From UHGV virus genome UHGV-0074229: 10,130 bases of DNA; one strand, given 5' to 3'. Position 1 is the first letter of the stretch, and each line of letters starts with the position of its first letter. Origin of the DNA: a virus. Positions 1 to 6,958 of this stretch are shown in pieces. A model generated the notes under the pieces. That model had not been told where the DNA came from, did not search any database, and saw nothing but the letters and a program-made list of their open reading frames with translations. The position numbers and the translations under genes were made by a program.

Positions 1-83
1 CATTTGAAGAGAAGTATGGCTCCCAGCTGGAGCTGATATTTCGTTTTATCGATCGTGCGCTGGCAATTGGCGTGCTGGCCTGA
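1..83 (+). CDS. 3' end of an upstream gene (C-terminal ~26 aa, ...FEEKYGSQLELIFRFIDRALAIGVLA*), function unknown
   Basis: Frame open from the window edge to TGA at 81-83, ending just before the Q gene RBS. No recognisable motif. Confidence 0.3.
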   Translation, partial: FEEKYGSQLELIFRFIDRALAIGVLA

Positions 84-100
84 TTTTGTGGAGAAAGTTG

Positions 101-445
101 ATGCGTGATATGTATGAAGTATTGGACCGCTGGGGAGCATGGGCTGCAGCAGATAACAGTGGTGTGGATTGGCAACCGGTAGCCGCTGGCTTCAAGGGGC
201 TTTTACCTCATGGCAAAAAGTCCCGGATTCAGTGTGATGATGACGAAGGCATTATGATAGATAGTTGTGTGGCTCGGTTGCGCAAGTATAAACCAGAGGA
301 ATATGAGCTAATTATAGCTCATTTTGTTATTGGTATTTCGCTTAGAACTATTGCGAAGAAGCGAAAATGTTCGGACGGTACGATTAGAAAGGAATTGCAA
401 ACTGCTTTAGGTTTTATTGAAGGGTGTTTTTATTTCATAAAATAG
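101..445 (+). CDS. Q: Late-gene antitermination protein Q (phage 82 / QuuD-like family)
   Basis: Translation MRDMYEVLDRWGAWAA...AAGFKGL...SRIQCDDDEG...CSDGTIRKELQTALGFIEG matches the conserved blocks I recall for 82-type Q antiterminators (QuuD of DLP12). ATG at 101 is preceded by GGAGAAAG; the ORF track's position 86 is a TTG and probably not the start. It lies directly upstream of the lysis region as expected. Confidence 0.8.
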   Translation: MRDMYEVLDRWGAWAAADNSGVDWQPVAAGFKGLLPHGKKSRIQCDDDEGIMIDSCVARLRKYKPEEYELIIAHFVIGISLRTIAKKRKCSDGTIRKELQTALGFIEGCFYFIK

Positions 446-553
446 AAGTGCGAGTTTTTGTGGCTGGATTTTATATTGTGTGTTGTTTTTATATGTTTGA
501 AAATATATATGCGTGGCTAATGATTTTGGTATTGGTTGAGTAATAAACAAGAG

Positions 554-582
554 TTGTTAATAATATAATTTTTTGATAATAT
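554..582 (+). promoter_or_regulatory. Candidate sigma70 promoter (TTGTTA - 17 nt - TAATAT) downstream of Q; possible late promoter (PR'-like) or promoter of the small ORF
   Basis: -35-like hexamer at 554-559 and -10-like hexamer at 577-582 with 17-nt spacing. The AT-rich context makes chance matches likely. Confidence 0.25.
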
Positions 583-676
583 AAAATCACTCATCAATAA
601 TCATGATGAGAATTTTTTTAACATGACATTTATAAGTGATTTGTCTTTTATTTCTATATTTTACTAAGGAGTGTGC

Positions 677-856
677 ATGAATAAGAAACAAAGAATTAAT
701 TATTTTTATGATAAAACTACTTCTTGGAATTATTTAAATACCATTTTTCTTACCCAATATTTTATGGCATGTAGTATGAAAGCTAATTTGAAAATGACAA
801 AACCTAAAAAGACTAATGGGGTTTTAAATTCGAATTCCGGTAGTCAAGTTTTTTGA
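677..856 (+). CDS. Hypothetical small basic protein (59 aa)
   Basis: ATG at 677 is preceded by a strong Shine-Dalgarno AAGGAG (666-671) at 5-nt spacing. AT-rich, no recognisable domain, ends ~55 nt upstream of the hairpin at 912-938. Confidence 0.35.
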   Translation: MNKKQRINYFYDKTTSWNYLNTIFLTQYFMACSMKANLKMTKPKKTNGVLNSNSGSQVF

Positions 857-911
857 TAGGTAAATTCCTGCTCGTTTTAATTATTTGAGATATATTGCAG
901 CAGAGGTAGAG

Positions 912-938
912 AACCACCCTGTTACGGGTGGTTTTTAA
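912..938 (+). terminator. Intrinsic terminator hairpin (AACCACCC-tgttac-GGGTGGTT followed by TTTTTAATT), between convergent genes
   Basis: Perfect 8-bp GC-rich stem (912-919 / 926-933), 6-nt loop, then a T-run on the + strand. On the minus strand the hairpin follows the big gene's stop (960) but has no U-tract, so it is mainly a + strand terminator. Confidence 0.6.
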
Positions 939-959
939 TTATATCAAAAAAGTGGCATT

Positions 960-3900
960 TTAATGTCCTATGCGGTTTAACGTATTAAAGGCATCACTAA
1001 TCTTGGGTGTGAGAATTAATTTTCTTTTAATGCCAATGTTTTTTGCTAACTCTTTCAATGCTTCTTCTTCAGTTCTTTTTAAATCATAGTTACTTGTTAT
1101 AATTTGATTAATCTTGAAGAAAAGAGATTCTTGAACAACTTTGTTTTGTATCTTTGCTAAATCGTTAGCTAATTGTATAACCATTTCATCTTTAATATCC
1201 ATTAAGGTGAAAGTTAAAATAGCCTTTTCTACAGGATTGCTATTTGAGTCTTTTGATTCAGTAATAATGTTTGCAATACGTGGTTTTTTCGAGCTTAAGT
1301 CATTGCTCATAATAAACTGTATGTTATTTGGGATCATTGAGCGAACTAAAGACAATACTAGTTTAAACATTTCAAAAACTCGTTGTCTTTCGTTATCGGT
1401 TAATTTATCCTCTTGCATTTTCTTTTCTAATGCAGGGAGTATTACTGGAAGAACAAATGAATCATCCATTAGTACTAGTGACGCTTTCATGTAAAAAACA
1501 TAACCCTTTACAAGGTCATTAAATATATTTAATATATTTTCTCTTTCCATAGATAATTCAGTACTACGGAATACCCTTGCATAAAGAGATAAAGTGTTAA
1601 TAAGATCATGTAACAGATTATTATTACCTTCCGCTCTAACATTTGATATATTAGCTTTTTTATCTTTATCAGATAAAGGTGATAATTCATCTAGTCGCGC
1701 GTCATCTTTTTCTCTATCTGCACGGAGTGATTCTATCTTTTTTTCGAAATCATCTTGGGTTGATACCATATCTAAAATAGAGAAAGTATTAGAGTCTTCA
1801 ATCTTTATATCTTCAATATTTATTCCCTTATCTTCGAGCATTCGTTCAGATAAAGAAGATTTGATTGCATTAGTCTTCTTTTTAAGTAAGTATAATAAAT
1901 CAAGACTAGATGAGTTCTGCGATGAATAGTATTCAATAACTTTATGTAGATGTAGATAATTATTATCGGATAAAATTTCTTTCTTTAGCTCTTCGTTATG
2001 CTTCATGAAATAAGCGATGGAATAGTATAAAAAGCAAGGCTGCGAGAAAATCACATTACATAGCTCTTCTTTCAATATTCCACATTCTTTTAATGGTTTT
2101 ATATAGTCTTCTACTTGATAATCATGCATGGTATCTCTATTGAAAATTATTGCAGTCTGCAGAAGATCATTATTTGAAATAAAATTACATTTGTTTTTGA
2201 ATAATGTAAATCCTAAATATCCAAGAAAATGCCGAAGTTCTTTAAATTGTGGCTTATTAGGCGGAGTATCCATAAAATGTTTACGAAGCAAAATTTCTAT
2301 GAAGTTTTCTATAATATCAGACTCACTTAATATTCCTTTAACGTCATGATCAACTTCATAAATAGCTAAAAGCATTGAGTATGTAAAATAATTATGAGGA
2401 AGTTGCGAATTGTTGATTGTTCGCGTGATTTCTTTGTATATTATATTTTGTGATGTTGTGTCGTGCCATCTTGATACAATATCGCGAACATTAGATCTGC
2501 GTAATGAACCTATAGCAATTGCATGAAATTTAGCTTTGCTTTCATCTGATAATATTTTAACTACCAGATCTGAATTATTATAGCCAGCAGTTACGATAAA
2601 TCTACATTCTTTGAATTTTATAAAAAAATCAGAAATTACACATTGTTCTTTTGTATTTATATTGTCCAGATTATCAATATATATAACACATCTTCCCTCA
2701 TGTAACATTTTTTTAATTTTTTCTTCAAAAGATGTGGTCGAATCTGCATTGAAATATTGTGTACATAATGCGCTTACAATTGTATTTAAGCTATTTAATT
2801 CAATTGCATTTAAATCTAAGAAAAATGCAAAGTTACTGAAGTCTTTGCAGGCCTGTTTTTCTAGACTCTTAATGAATAGGTATTTTAAAAGAGATGTTTT
2901 ACCTGAGCTATGGTTTCCTACAATCACAAGGTTGTTTCGTCCTTCTAGTAATTCTTGTGTGGACTTAATCTCCATAGAAGGCATGGCTCCAAGAGCAAAT
3001 TCAAGGAAATTTGGTTCAGTAAATAGAGTTCTTAGACTTTTTTTCTTTTCATCAGAGATTCCAATGTTAATTAATAAATCCTTATCAGTTTTCTCTAGAA
3101 TCTCATTAGATAATGTTGCAAATTTTTCAGAGTCAAAAGTTAGAGTTTTCTCAGTGGTGAAATCAAAAACACCACCATTTCCTCTTTCTTCCCATGGTTC
3201 ATAGTATGTTTTTTCTTTATTATATTTTCTATAAAAAATTCTTCCGTCTGATATGACATTTGAACTATTAAAATTTATTAATGAATAGCCTGATACATTT
3301 TCACTAGTATCCAAAGTTCCTGCTTGCAAAAAGAGGGTGATGTTTTCACAAAAACTAGATTCTAGTTTTTGTTTAAAATCATGCATATGACCAAAAAAGA
3401 ACATTGAAACTTTTTTTTCAATAAATGTTGAAAAAATGTCACGATCATTCTTATTCAACCAATCTAAAGGATGATGGCATAATAATATTATTTTTGCATC
3501 AGAAGGTATTTTGGCACGATTGATAAAATCAATTTGCTTTTGGGTAATTCGTAAGTTACCAATATCATTATCATCCATAGCTAACCATGCGCTATTTACG
3601 CTAACGACGTATAATTTGTTTGTTACTTTAAAGCATGTAATCATGCGTCCAGATTGTTCAACATCAGAATGATGATCTAATATTGTTTTATTATATTCAC
3701 AGTACTCGTAGAGACGTTCCCATGAATACTCTCCATTATTTATCATATCAAAGTATGATGATATGAAATTTTCGTCCGAACCAGTTCGCAGTTGTTTTTC
3801 AAGTGGATGAACTTTACTTCTGTCCACATCATGATTGCCTGGGGTTATAAAAATGTTTTTTTTACTGATGTTCAGCTTTTGAATAAGTGGAGAGAGGAAA

Positions 3901-4112
3901 TGTTCATCAAATAGTTGAAATTGCTCTTTGGTTCCAGAAAACGTTAAATCCCCAGTAAAAAAAATGGCATCTATCTGGAGGTTGTTTTCTTTACTTAATG
4001 AATGTATATCATTAACTAATACTGTGACCAGTTCTTTGGCTTTCTTCCAGTGAAAACCATATTTTTTTGAGTCTGATAAGTGTAAGTCGGATAAGTGTAC
4101 AATTGATTTCAT
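960..4112 (-). CDS. Large multidomain protein (~1050 aa): N-terminal calcineurin-like metallophosphoesterase + central P-loop NTPase (STAND/AAA+-like) + C-terminal helical domain; candidate single-gene anti-phage defence protein
   Basis: Uninterrupted 3.18 kb ORF. Metallophosphoesterase motifs all present: D-x-H (VHLSDLH), GD (FFTGDLTF), GNHD (PGNHDV, + coords 3828-3839), H (LLCHHPL), GH-x-H (FFFGHMHD). Walker A GNHSSGKTS (+ coords 2892-2918), Walker B CVIYIDNLD (D at 2673-2675), sensor-1-like FIVTAG ~25 aa later. The track start at 4142 is a TTG; the ATG at 4112-4110 (MKSIVHLSDLH) with upstream AAAGGGAA is the likely start. Strongly AT-rich versus flanking phage genes. Confidence 0.85.
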   Translation of the reverse strand: MKSIVHLSDLHLSDSKKYGFHWKKAKELVTVLVNDIHSLSKENNLQIDAIFFTGDLTFSGTKEQFQLFDEHFLSPLIQKLNISKKNIFITPGNHDVDRSKVHPLEKQLRTGSDENFISSYFDMINNGEYSWERLYEYCEYNKTILDHHSDVEQSGRMITCFKVTNKLYVVSVNSAWLAMDDNDIGNLRITQKQIDFINRAKIPSDAKIILLCHHPLDWLNKNDRDIFSTFIEKKVSMFFFGHMHDFKQKLESSFCENITLFLQAGTLDTSENVSGYSLINFNSSNVISDGRIFYRKYNKEKTYYEPWEERGNGGVFDFTTEKTLTFDSEKFATLSNEILEKTDKDLLINIGISDEKKKSLRTLFTEPNFLEFALGAMPSMEIKSTQELLEGRNNLVIVGNHSSGKTSLLKYLFIKSLEKQACKDFSNFAFFLDLNAIELNSLNTIVSALCTQYFNADSTTSFEEKIKKMLHEGRCVIYIDNLDNINTKEQCVISDFFIKFKECRFIVTAGYNNSDLVVKILSDESKAKFHAIAIGSLRRSNVRDIVSRWHDTTSQNIIYKEITRTINNSQLPHNYFTYSMLLAIYEVDHDVKGILSESDIIENFIEILLRKHFMDTPPNKPQFKELRHFLGYLGFTLFKNKCNFISNNDLLQTAIIFNRDTMHDYQVEDYIKPLKECGILKEELCNVIFSQPCFLYYSIAYFMKHNEELKKEILSDNNYLHLHKVIEYYSSQNSSSLDLLYLLKKKTNAIKSSLSERMLEDKGINIEDIKIEDSNTFSILDMVSTQDDFEKKIESLRADREKDDARLDELSPLSDKDKKANISNVRAEGNNNLLHDLINTLSLYARVFRSTELSMERENILNIFNDLVKGYVFYMKASLVLMDDSFVLPVILPALEKKMQEDKLTDNERQRVFEMFKLVLSLVRSMIPNNIQFIMSNDLSSKKPRIANIITESKDSNSNPVEKAILTFTLMDIKDEMVIQLANDLAKIQNKVVQESLFFKINQIITSNYDLKRTEEEALKELAKNIGIKRKLILTPKISDAFNTLNRIGH

Positions 4113-4181
4113 GCTATTCCCTTTAAACAACAGGATTATCAAAAAATATTGCTTTTACATTTGGTGTGAGAAAGGTAAGTA

Positions 4182-4210
4182 ATTATAAAAAAATCTTAAC
4201 GCGTACGCAA
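4182..4210 (-). promoter_or_regulatory. Candidate sigma70 promoter for the large minus-strand gene (minus-strand TTGCGT - 17 nt - TATAAT)
   Basis: Consensus -10 TATAAT (+ coords 4182-4187 read as ATTATA) about 70 nt upstream of the ATG at 4112, with a weak -35 (+ coords 4205-4210). Confidence 0.3.
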
Positions 4211-4255
4211 AAAGTATTGTATCGTGTTAAGAGTGGTTACTTCGCCACACAGCTT

Positions 4256-4282
4256 AAACCCGCGTCGAGCGGGTTTTGTCGT
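4256..4282 (+). terminator. Intrinsic terminator hairpin (AAACCCGC-gtcga-GCGGGTTT followed by TGTCGTTTCT) upstream of the holin; possible late-leader (tR'-like) terminator
   Basis: 8-bp stem (4256-4263 / 4269-4276), 5-nt loop, U-rich tail on the + strand, ~150 nt upstream of the holin start. Confidence 0.5.
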
Positions 4283-4428
4283 TTCTGGGGCTGGGGATTC
4301 GTTGGTTCTGGCCTATTCCGCAGTTATCCATTGGTTCGGCTTCTTTGACGTTTCCGCTTCTGATTTGCGGTACATGATGTTCCCTCAATTTGCACCTGCT
4401 GTATCAGCGAGGTGAGAGATAACTACAA

Positions 4429-4755
4429 ATGCCTCATAACCCAAATACCTGGTTGGAGTTGGTCCAGAGCTGGTGGCGTGGAGACACACCGCTGGGCGCA
4501 GTGATTATGTCGATCGTTATGGCTGGTTTGCGCATTGCCTATTTTGGCGGTGGTGGTGGCTGGAAGCGAAAAACACTCGAAATTCTACTCTGTGGCGCTC
4601 TGACGCTGACTTTTGCATCCGCTCTTGAGTATGTCGGATGGCCTAAATCGCTTTCTGTTGCCATTGGTGGTGGCGTTGGGTTGATCGGTGTCGATGCTAT
4701 TCGTGGGGCTGCAATGAGAGTAATCGGTAATAAGTTTGGTGGCTCTAAGGAGTAA
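4429..4755 (+). CDS. Holin (class I-like, three predicted transmembrane segments)
   Basis: 107-aa protein immediately upstream of the endolysin. Three hydrophobic segments (GAVIMSIVMAGLRIAYF, LEILLCGALTLTFASALEYVGW, LSVAIGGGVGLIGVDAI) and a charged C-terminus. SD GAGGTGAGAG upstream of the ATG. Confidence 0.7.
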   Translation: MPHNPNTWLELVQSWWRGDTPLGAVIMSIVMAGLRIAYFGGGGGWKRKTLEILLCGALTLTFASALEYVGWPKSLSVAIGGGVGLIGVDAIRGAAMRVIGNKFGGSKE

Positions 4756-4758
4756 TTT

Positions 4759-5235
4759 ATGCAGGTACTAAATTCCCAGCGTAAAGCTTTCCTCGATATG
4801 GTGGCATGGTCAGAAGGAACGGATAACGGACGGCAGAAAACCAGAAATCATGGTTATGACGTCATTGTAGGCGGAGAGCTATTTACTGATTACTCCGATC
4901 ACCCTCGCAAACTTGTCACGCTAAACCCCAAACTCAAATCAACAGCAGCCGGGCGCTACCAGCTTCTTTCCCGTTGGTGGGATTCCTATCGTAAGCAGCT
5001 TGGCCTGAAAGACTTCTCTCCGAAAAGCCAGGACGCTGTGGCACTGCAACAGATTAAAGAGCGTGGCGCTTTACCGATGATTGATCGCGGTGATATTCGT
5101 CAGGCTATCGACCGTTGCAGCAATATCTGGGCTTCACTGCCGGGCGCTGGTTACGGTCAGTATGAACATAGAATCGGTGACCTGATTGCCCGATTTAAAG
5201 AGGCTGGTGGGGTGGTAAATGAAGTTGAGTTATAA
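4759..5235 (+). CDS. R: Endolysin, lambda R-type lytic transglycosylase
   Basis: 158-aa translation is near-identical over most of its length to lambda R as I recall it (NSQRKAFLDMVAWSEGTDNGRQKTRNHGYDVIVGGELFTDYSDHPRKLVTLNPKLKST...), including the catalytic Glu in WSEGT. RBS AAGGAG 7 nt upstream. Confidence 0.92.
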   Translation: MQVLNSQRKAFLDMVAWSEGTDNGRQKTRNHGYDVIVGGELFTDYSDHPRKLVTLNPKLKSTAAGRYQLLSRWWDSYRKQLGLKDFSPKSQDAVALQQIKERGALPMIDRGDIRQAIDRCSNIWASLPGAGYGQYEHRIGDLIARFKEAGGVVNEVEL

Positions 5236-5611
5236 GTTGGCTATCTCTGCTTTCTTCTTTACTGTCATTGGCTCTTTCATCTGGTCAGCGAATTACTACT
5301 ACAGCAAATATCAGCATGAAAAGAAACGTGCTGATGAGGCTGTACAAAATGCTGAATCGGCAACTGCCATTACCAATAACGTCCTGCAATCAATACAAAT
5401 CGTAAATACAGTTCTGGAGGCTAACCAGCATGCAAAACAGCAGATCGCACTGGAGTCACAGAGAACCCAGGAAGATATCAAAGTGGCTGTTGAGAATGAT
5501 GATTGCGCTTCCCGTCTTGTTCCTGCTCGTGCAACTGAGCGGCTGCGCCGGTACGCGGACAATTTACGTGCCAGTTCCGGCGGTACCACTACCGGCGAAC
5601 CTGACCGCTGA
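5219..5611 (+). CDS. Rz: Rz-like inner-membrane spanin (i-spanin)
   Basis: Start overlaps the end of R. N-terminal TM segment (LAISAFFFTVIGSFIW) followed by a charged, Gln/Ala-rich helical region. Position after the endolysin and an embedded lipoprotein ORF in another frame are typical of Rz. Confidence 0.65.
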   Translation: MKLSYKLAISAFFFTVIGSFIWSANYYYSKYQHEKKRADEAVQNAESATAITNNVLQSIQIVNTVLEANQHAKQQIALESQRTQEDIKVAVENDDCASRLVPARATERLRRYADNLRASSGGTTTGEPDR

Positions 5612-5753
5612 AACCCCACAGCCAGCTATTCCTGATCCGCTGACTTACAAAGATAGTCTGGATTTAAACGTGAGCCTGCTGTCAGTGCTGGCTGCCTGTA
5701 ATAGGGATAAGGCTGATATTCGTAAAATTGAAGCAGAGAAGAGTGAGCCATGA
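5496..5753 (+). CDS. Rz1: Rz1-like outer-membrane lipoprotein spanin (o-spanin), overlapping Rz in a different frame
   Basis: Signal peptide with lipobox (MMIALPVLFLLVQLSGC) and a proline-rich mature region (YVPVPAVPLPANLTAETPQPAIPDP). It starts inside Rz but runs ~140 nt beyond the Rz stop. Confidence 0.65.
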   Translation: MMIALPVLFLLVQLSGCAGTRTIYVPVPAVPLPANLTAETPQPAIPDPLTYKDSLDLNVSLLSVLAACNRDKADIRKIEAEKSEP

Positions 5754-5947
5754 AGCAGTAAAGTGGAAAGACCGCAGCAAGAAGTGCCTGTTCAGCATTA
5801 ATGAAGATGTCCAAAATACCTAAAATAGCGAGTAGCCACATGCACGTCAACTACGAGCGTGTGGCCAGCATAACGTTGTATAAACTAAGTGATAGCAGAG
5901 CTCAATATACGTATACTGAGAGAACTATTTCTATTTGAGAACTGAAA

Positions 5948-6541
5948 ATGACGGACTATACTTTTTTTTACTGGATAGAGATGCTTCTTAAAGAAGGCAA
6001 TGTTTTATTTATTGTTCTTGCTTGTTTGATTGTCTTTTTTACTTTAAAAAAAGAAATAATAATGGTTTTAGGTCGTCTTAATACAGTTAAGCTAGGTGAC
6101 TATGAGATTAAATTTAAAAAAGAAATGTTTGAAATAGAATCTAAAAGTATAGAGGTTATTAAAAATTTACCTGGAACAAATCCTGTCCTGCCGACACAAC
6201 TCATTGAGAATTTCAATATTTTTGAGAGTCTTGCTAGTACTCAGCCTAATGTTGCTGTACTTTCAGCTTGGCGCGAATTGGAGTTAACCGCTATAACGCT
6301 TGCATCTAAAAAGGGGATTGAGATCAACGGGACATCTTTAGGGCGGGCTTCAGGTATCGCTGCCTTGAAAAATGTCCAATCTGCAAACAAAATTTCTAGT
6401 GACATTGTTAAGCTCTATGAAAAAACAGGAGAGTCTATTAAGCCTATATCCCAAGGAAAGCTCTTATGTACTCAGGAAGATGCTTTGGCATTCTGTAAGA
6501 ATGCAAAAAGACTTAGCAATTATTTAACATCCATATTTTAG
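5948..6541 (+). CDS. Hypothetical membrane-anchored protein (197 aa), AT-rich cargo gene
   Basis: Long ORF with N-terminal hydrophobic segment (VLFIVLACLIVFFTL) and a ~150-aa soluble domain. AT-rich codon usage unlike the flanking phage genes. No recognised motif. Confidence 0.5.
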   Translation: MTDYTFFYWIEMLLKEGNVLFIVLACLIVFFTLKKEIIMVLGRLNTVKLGDYEIKFKKEMFEIESKSIEVIKNLPGTNPVLPTQLIENFNIFESLASTQPNVAVLSAWRELELTAITLASKKGIEINGTSLGRASGIAALKNVQSANKISSDIVKLYEKTGESIKPISQGKLLCTQEDALAFCKNAKRLSNYLTSIF

Positions 6542-6583
6542 TATGTATCCATAGAGCATCCATTATTATTGGAGTAGTCGTTA

Positions 6584-6610
6584 CAGCAGGCATTCACTGA
6601 GTGCCTGCTG
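6584..6610. other. Inverted repeat / hairpin (CAGCAGGCA-ttcactgag-TGCCTGCTG) between convergent ORFs; possible factor-independent terminator lacking a U-tract
   Basis: Perfect 9-bp stem between the stop of the 197-aa ORF (6541) and the stop of the minus-strand 70-aa ORF (6618). Confidence 0.3.
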
Positions 6611-6617
6611 CTGAACT

Positions 6618-6830
6618 CTAATAGCAAGATGGAGAATCTGCATTAAATTTTTGAGAGAGATTACTTATTTCATTCACTCCCTTATGATTAAGTAATCGCC
6701 TAATATTTTCTGGAGCCTTGAATATAAATGGGCCTTTTAGATCCTCGATGATTCCTCCTGCGACGCAGATCAAATGCTTGAAATCAACATCTTCAATTGT
6801 GGGCTTGGAGTCCAGATTATCGCTTGTCAT
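6618..6830 (-). CDS. Hypothetical small protein (70 aa)
   Basis: Minus-strand ORF with a good RBS (AAAGGA ~9 nt upstream of ATG at 6830). AT-rich, no recognised motif. Confidence 0.35.
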   Translation of the reverse strand: MTSDNLDSKPTIEDVDFKHLICVAGGIIEDLKGPFIFKAPENIRRLLNHKGVNEISNLSQKFNADSPSCY

Positions 6831-6958
6831 TTAAAAACATCCTTTCTTGCCATTAGCAGCATTGAGCATGTTATGGAATCTGTAATTTAGGATGCTGGTA
6901 CTACCAGTATTTTTTTGTTTCATTTTGTGTATCACCTCATTTACGAGGGGAGCCTATC

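Noticed and set aside
86-100. Five-codon N-terminal extension of Q from the track start at 86
   Set aside because: Position 86 is a TTG inside the likely RBS; the ATG at 101 matches the conserved Q N-terminus.
1141-3204. Four + strand ORFs (1141-1494, 1594-1929, 2128-2349, 2611-3204) inside the large minus-strand gene
   Set aside because: They lie antisense within a 3.18 kb ORF that has coherent domain motifs. Their translations are low-complexity Ser/Phe/Leu-rich as expected from the reverse complement of an AT-rich gene, with no RBS or motif support.
960-4112. Interpretation of the large protein as an SbcD-SbcC (Mre11-Rad50-like) fusion
   Set aside because: The metallophosphoesterase N-terminus does resemble SbcD, but Walker A and Walker B are only ~75 residues apart with no long coiled-coil between them, unlike SbcC/Rad50 ABC ATPases. 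A STAND/AAA+-type NTPase fits better.
4112-4142. Ten-codon N-terminal extension of the large gene from the track start at 4142
   Set aside because: The codon at 4142 is a TTG. The ATG ten codons downstream begins the canonical metallophosphoesterase N-terminus and has a purine-rich RBS.
4290-4400. Possible tRNA gene between the insert and the holin (lambdoid phages often carry tRNAs between Q and S)
   Set aside because: No convincing T-loop (GGTTCGAATCC-like) or acceptor-stem pairing found by eye; GGTTCGGCTTC is only a partial resemblance. tRNAscan-SE would settle it.
4166-4415. Two overlapping + strand ORFs (4166-4348, 4224-4415) upstream of the holin
   Set aside because: They overlap each other and cover the terminator hairpin and promoter-like elements; translations are Gly/Trp/Arg-rich with no RBS. 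The region is more plausibly regulatory.
5311-5850. Minus-strand ORFs 5311-5619 and 5626-5850 across the spanin genes
   Set aside because: Antisense to Rz/Rz1, which have strong positional and motif support. No RBS, and the composition is an antisense artefact.
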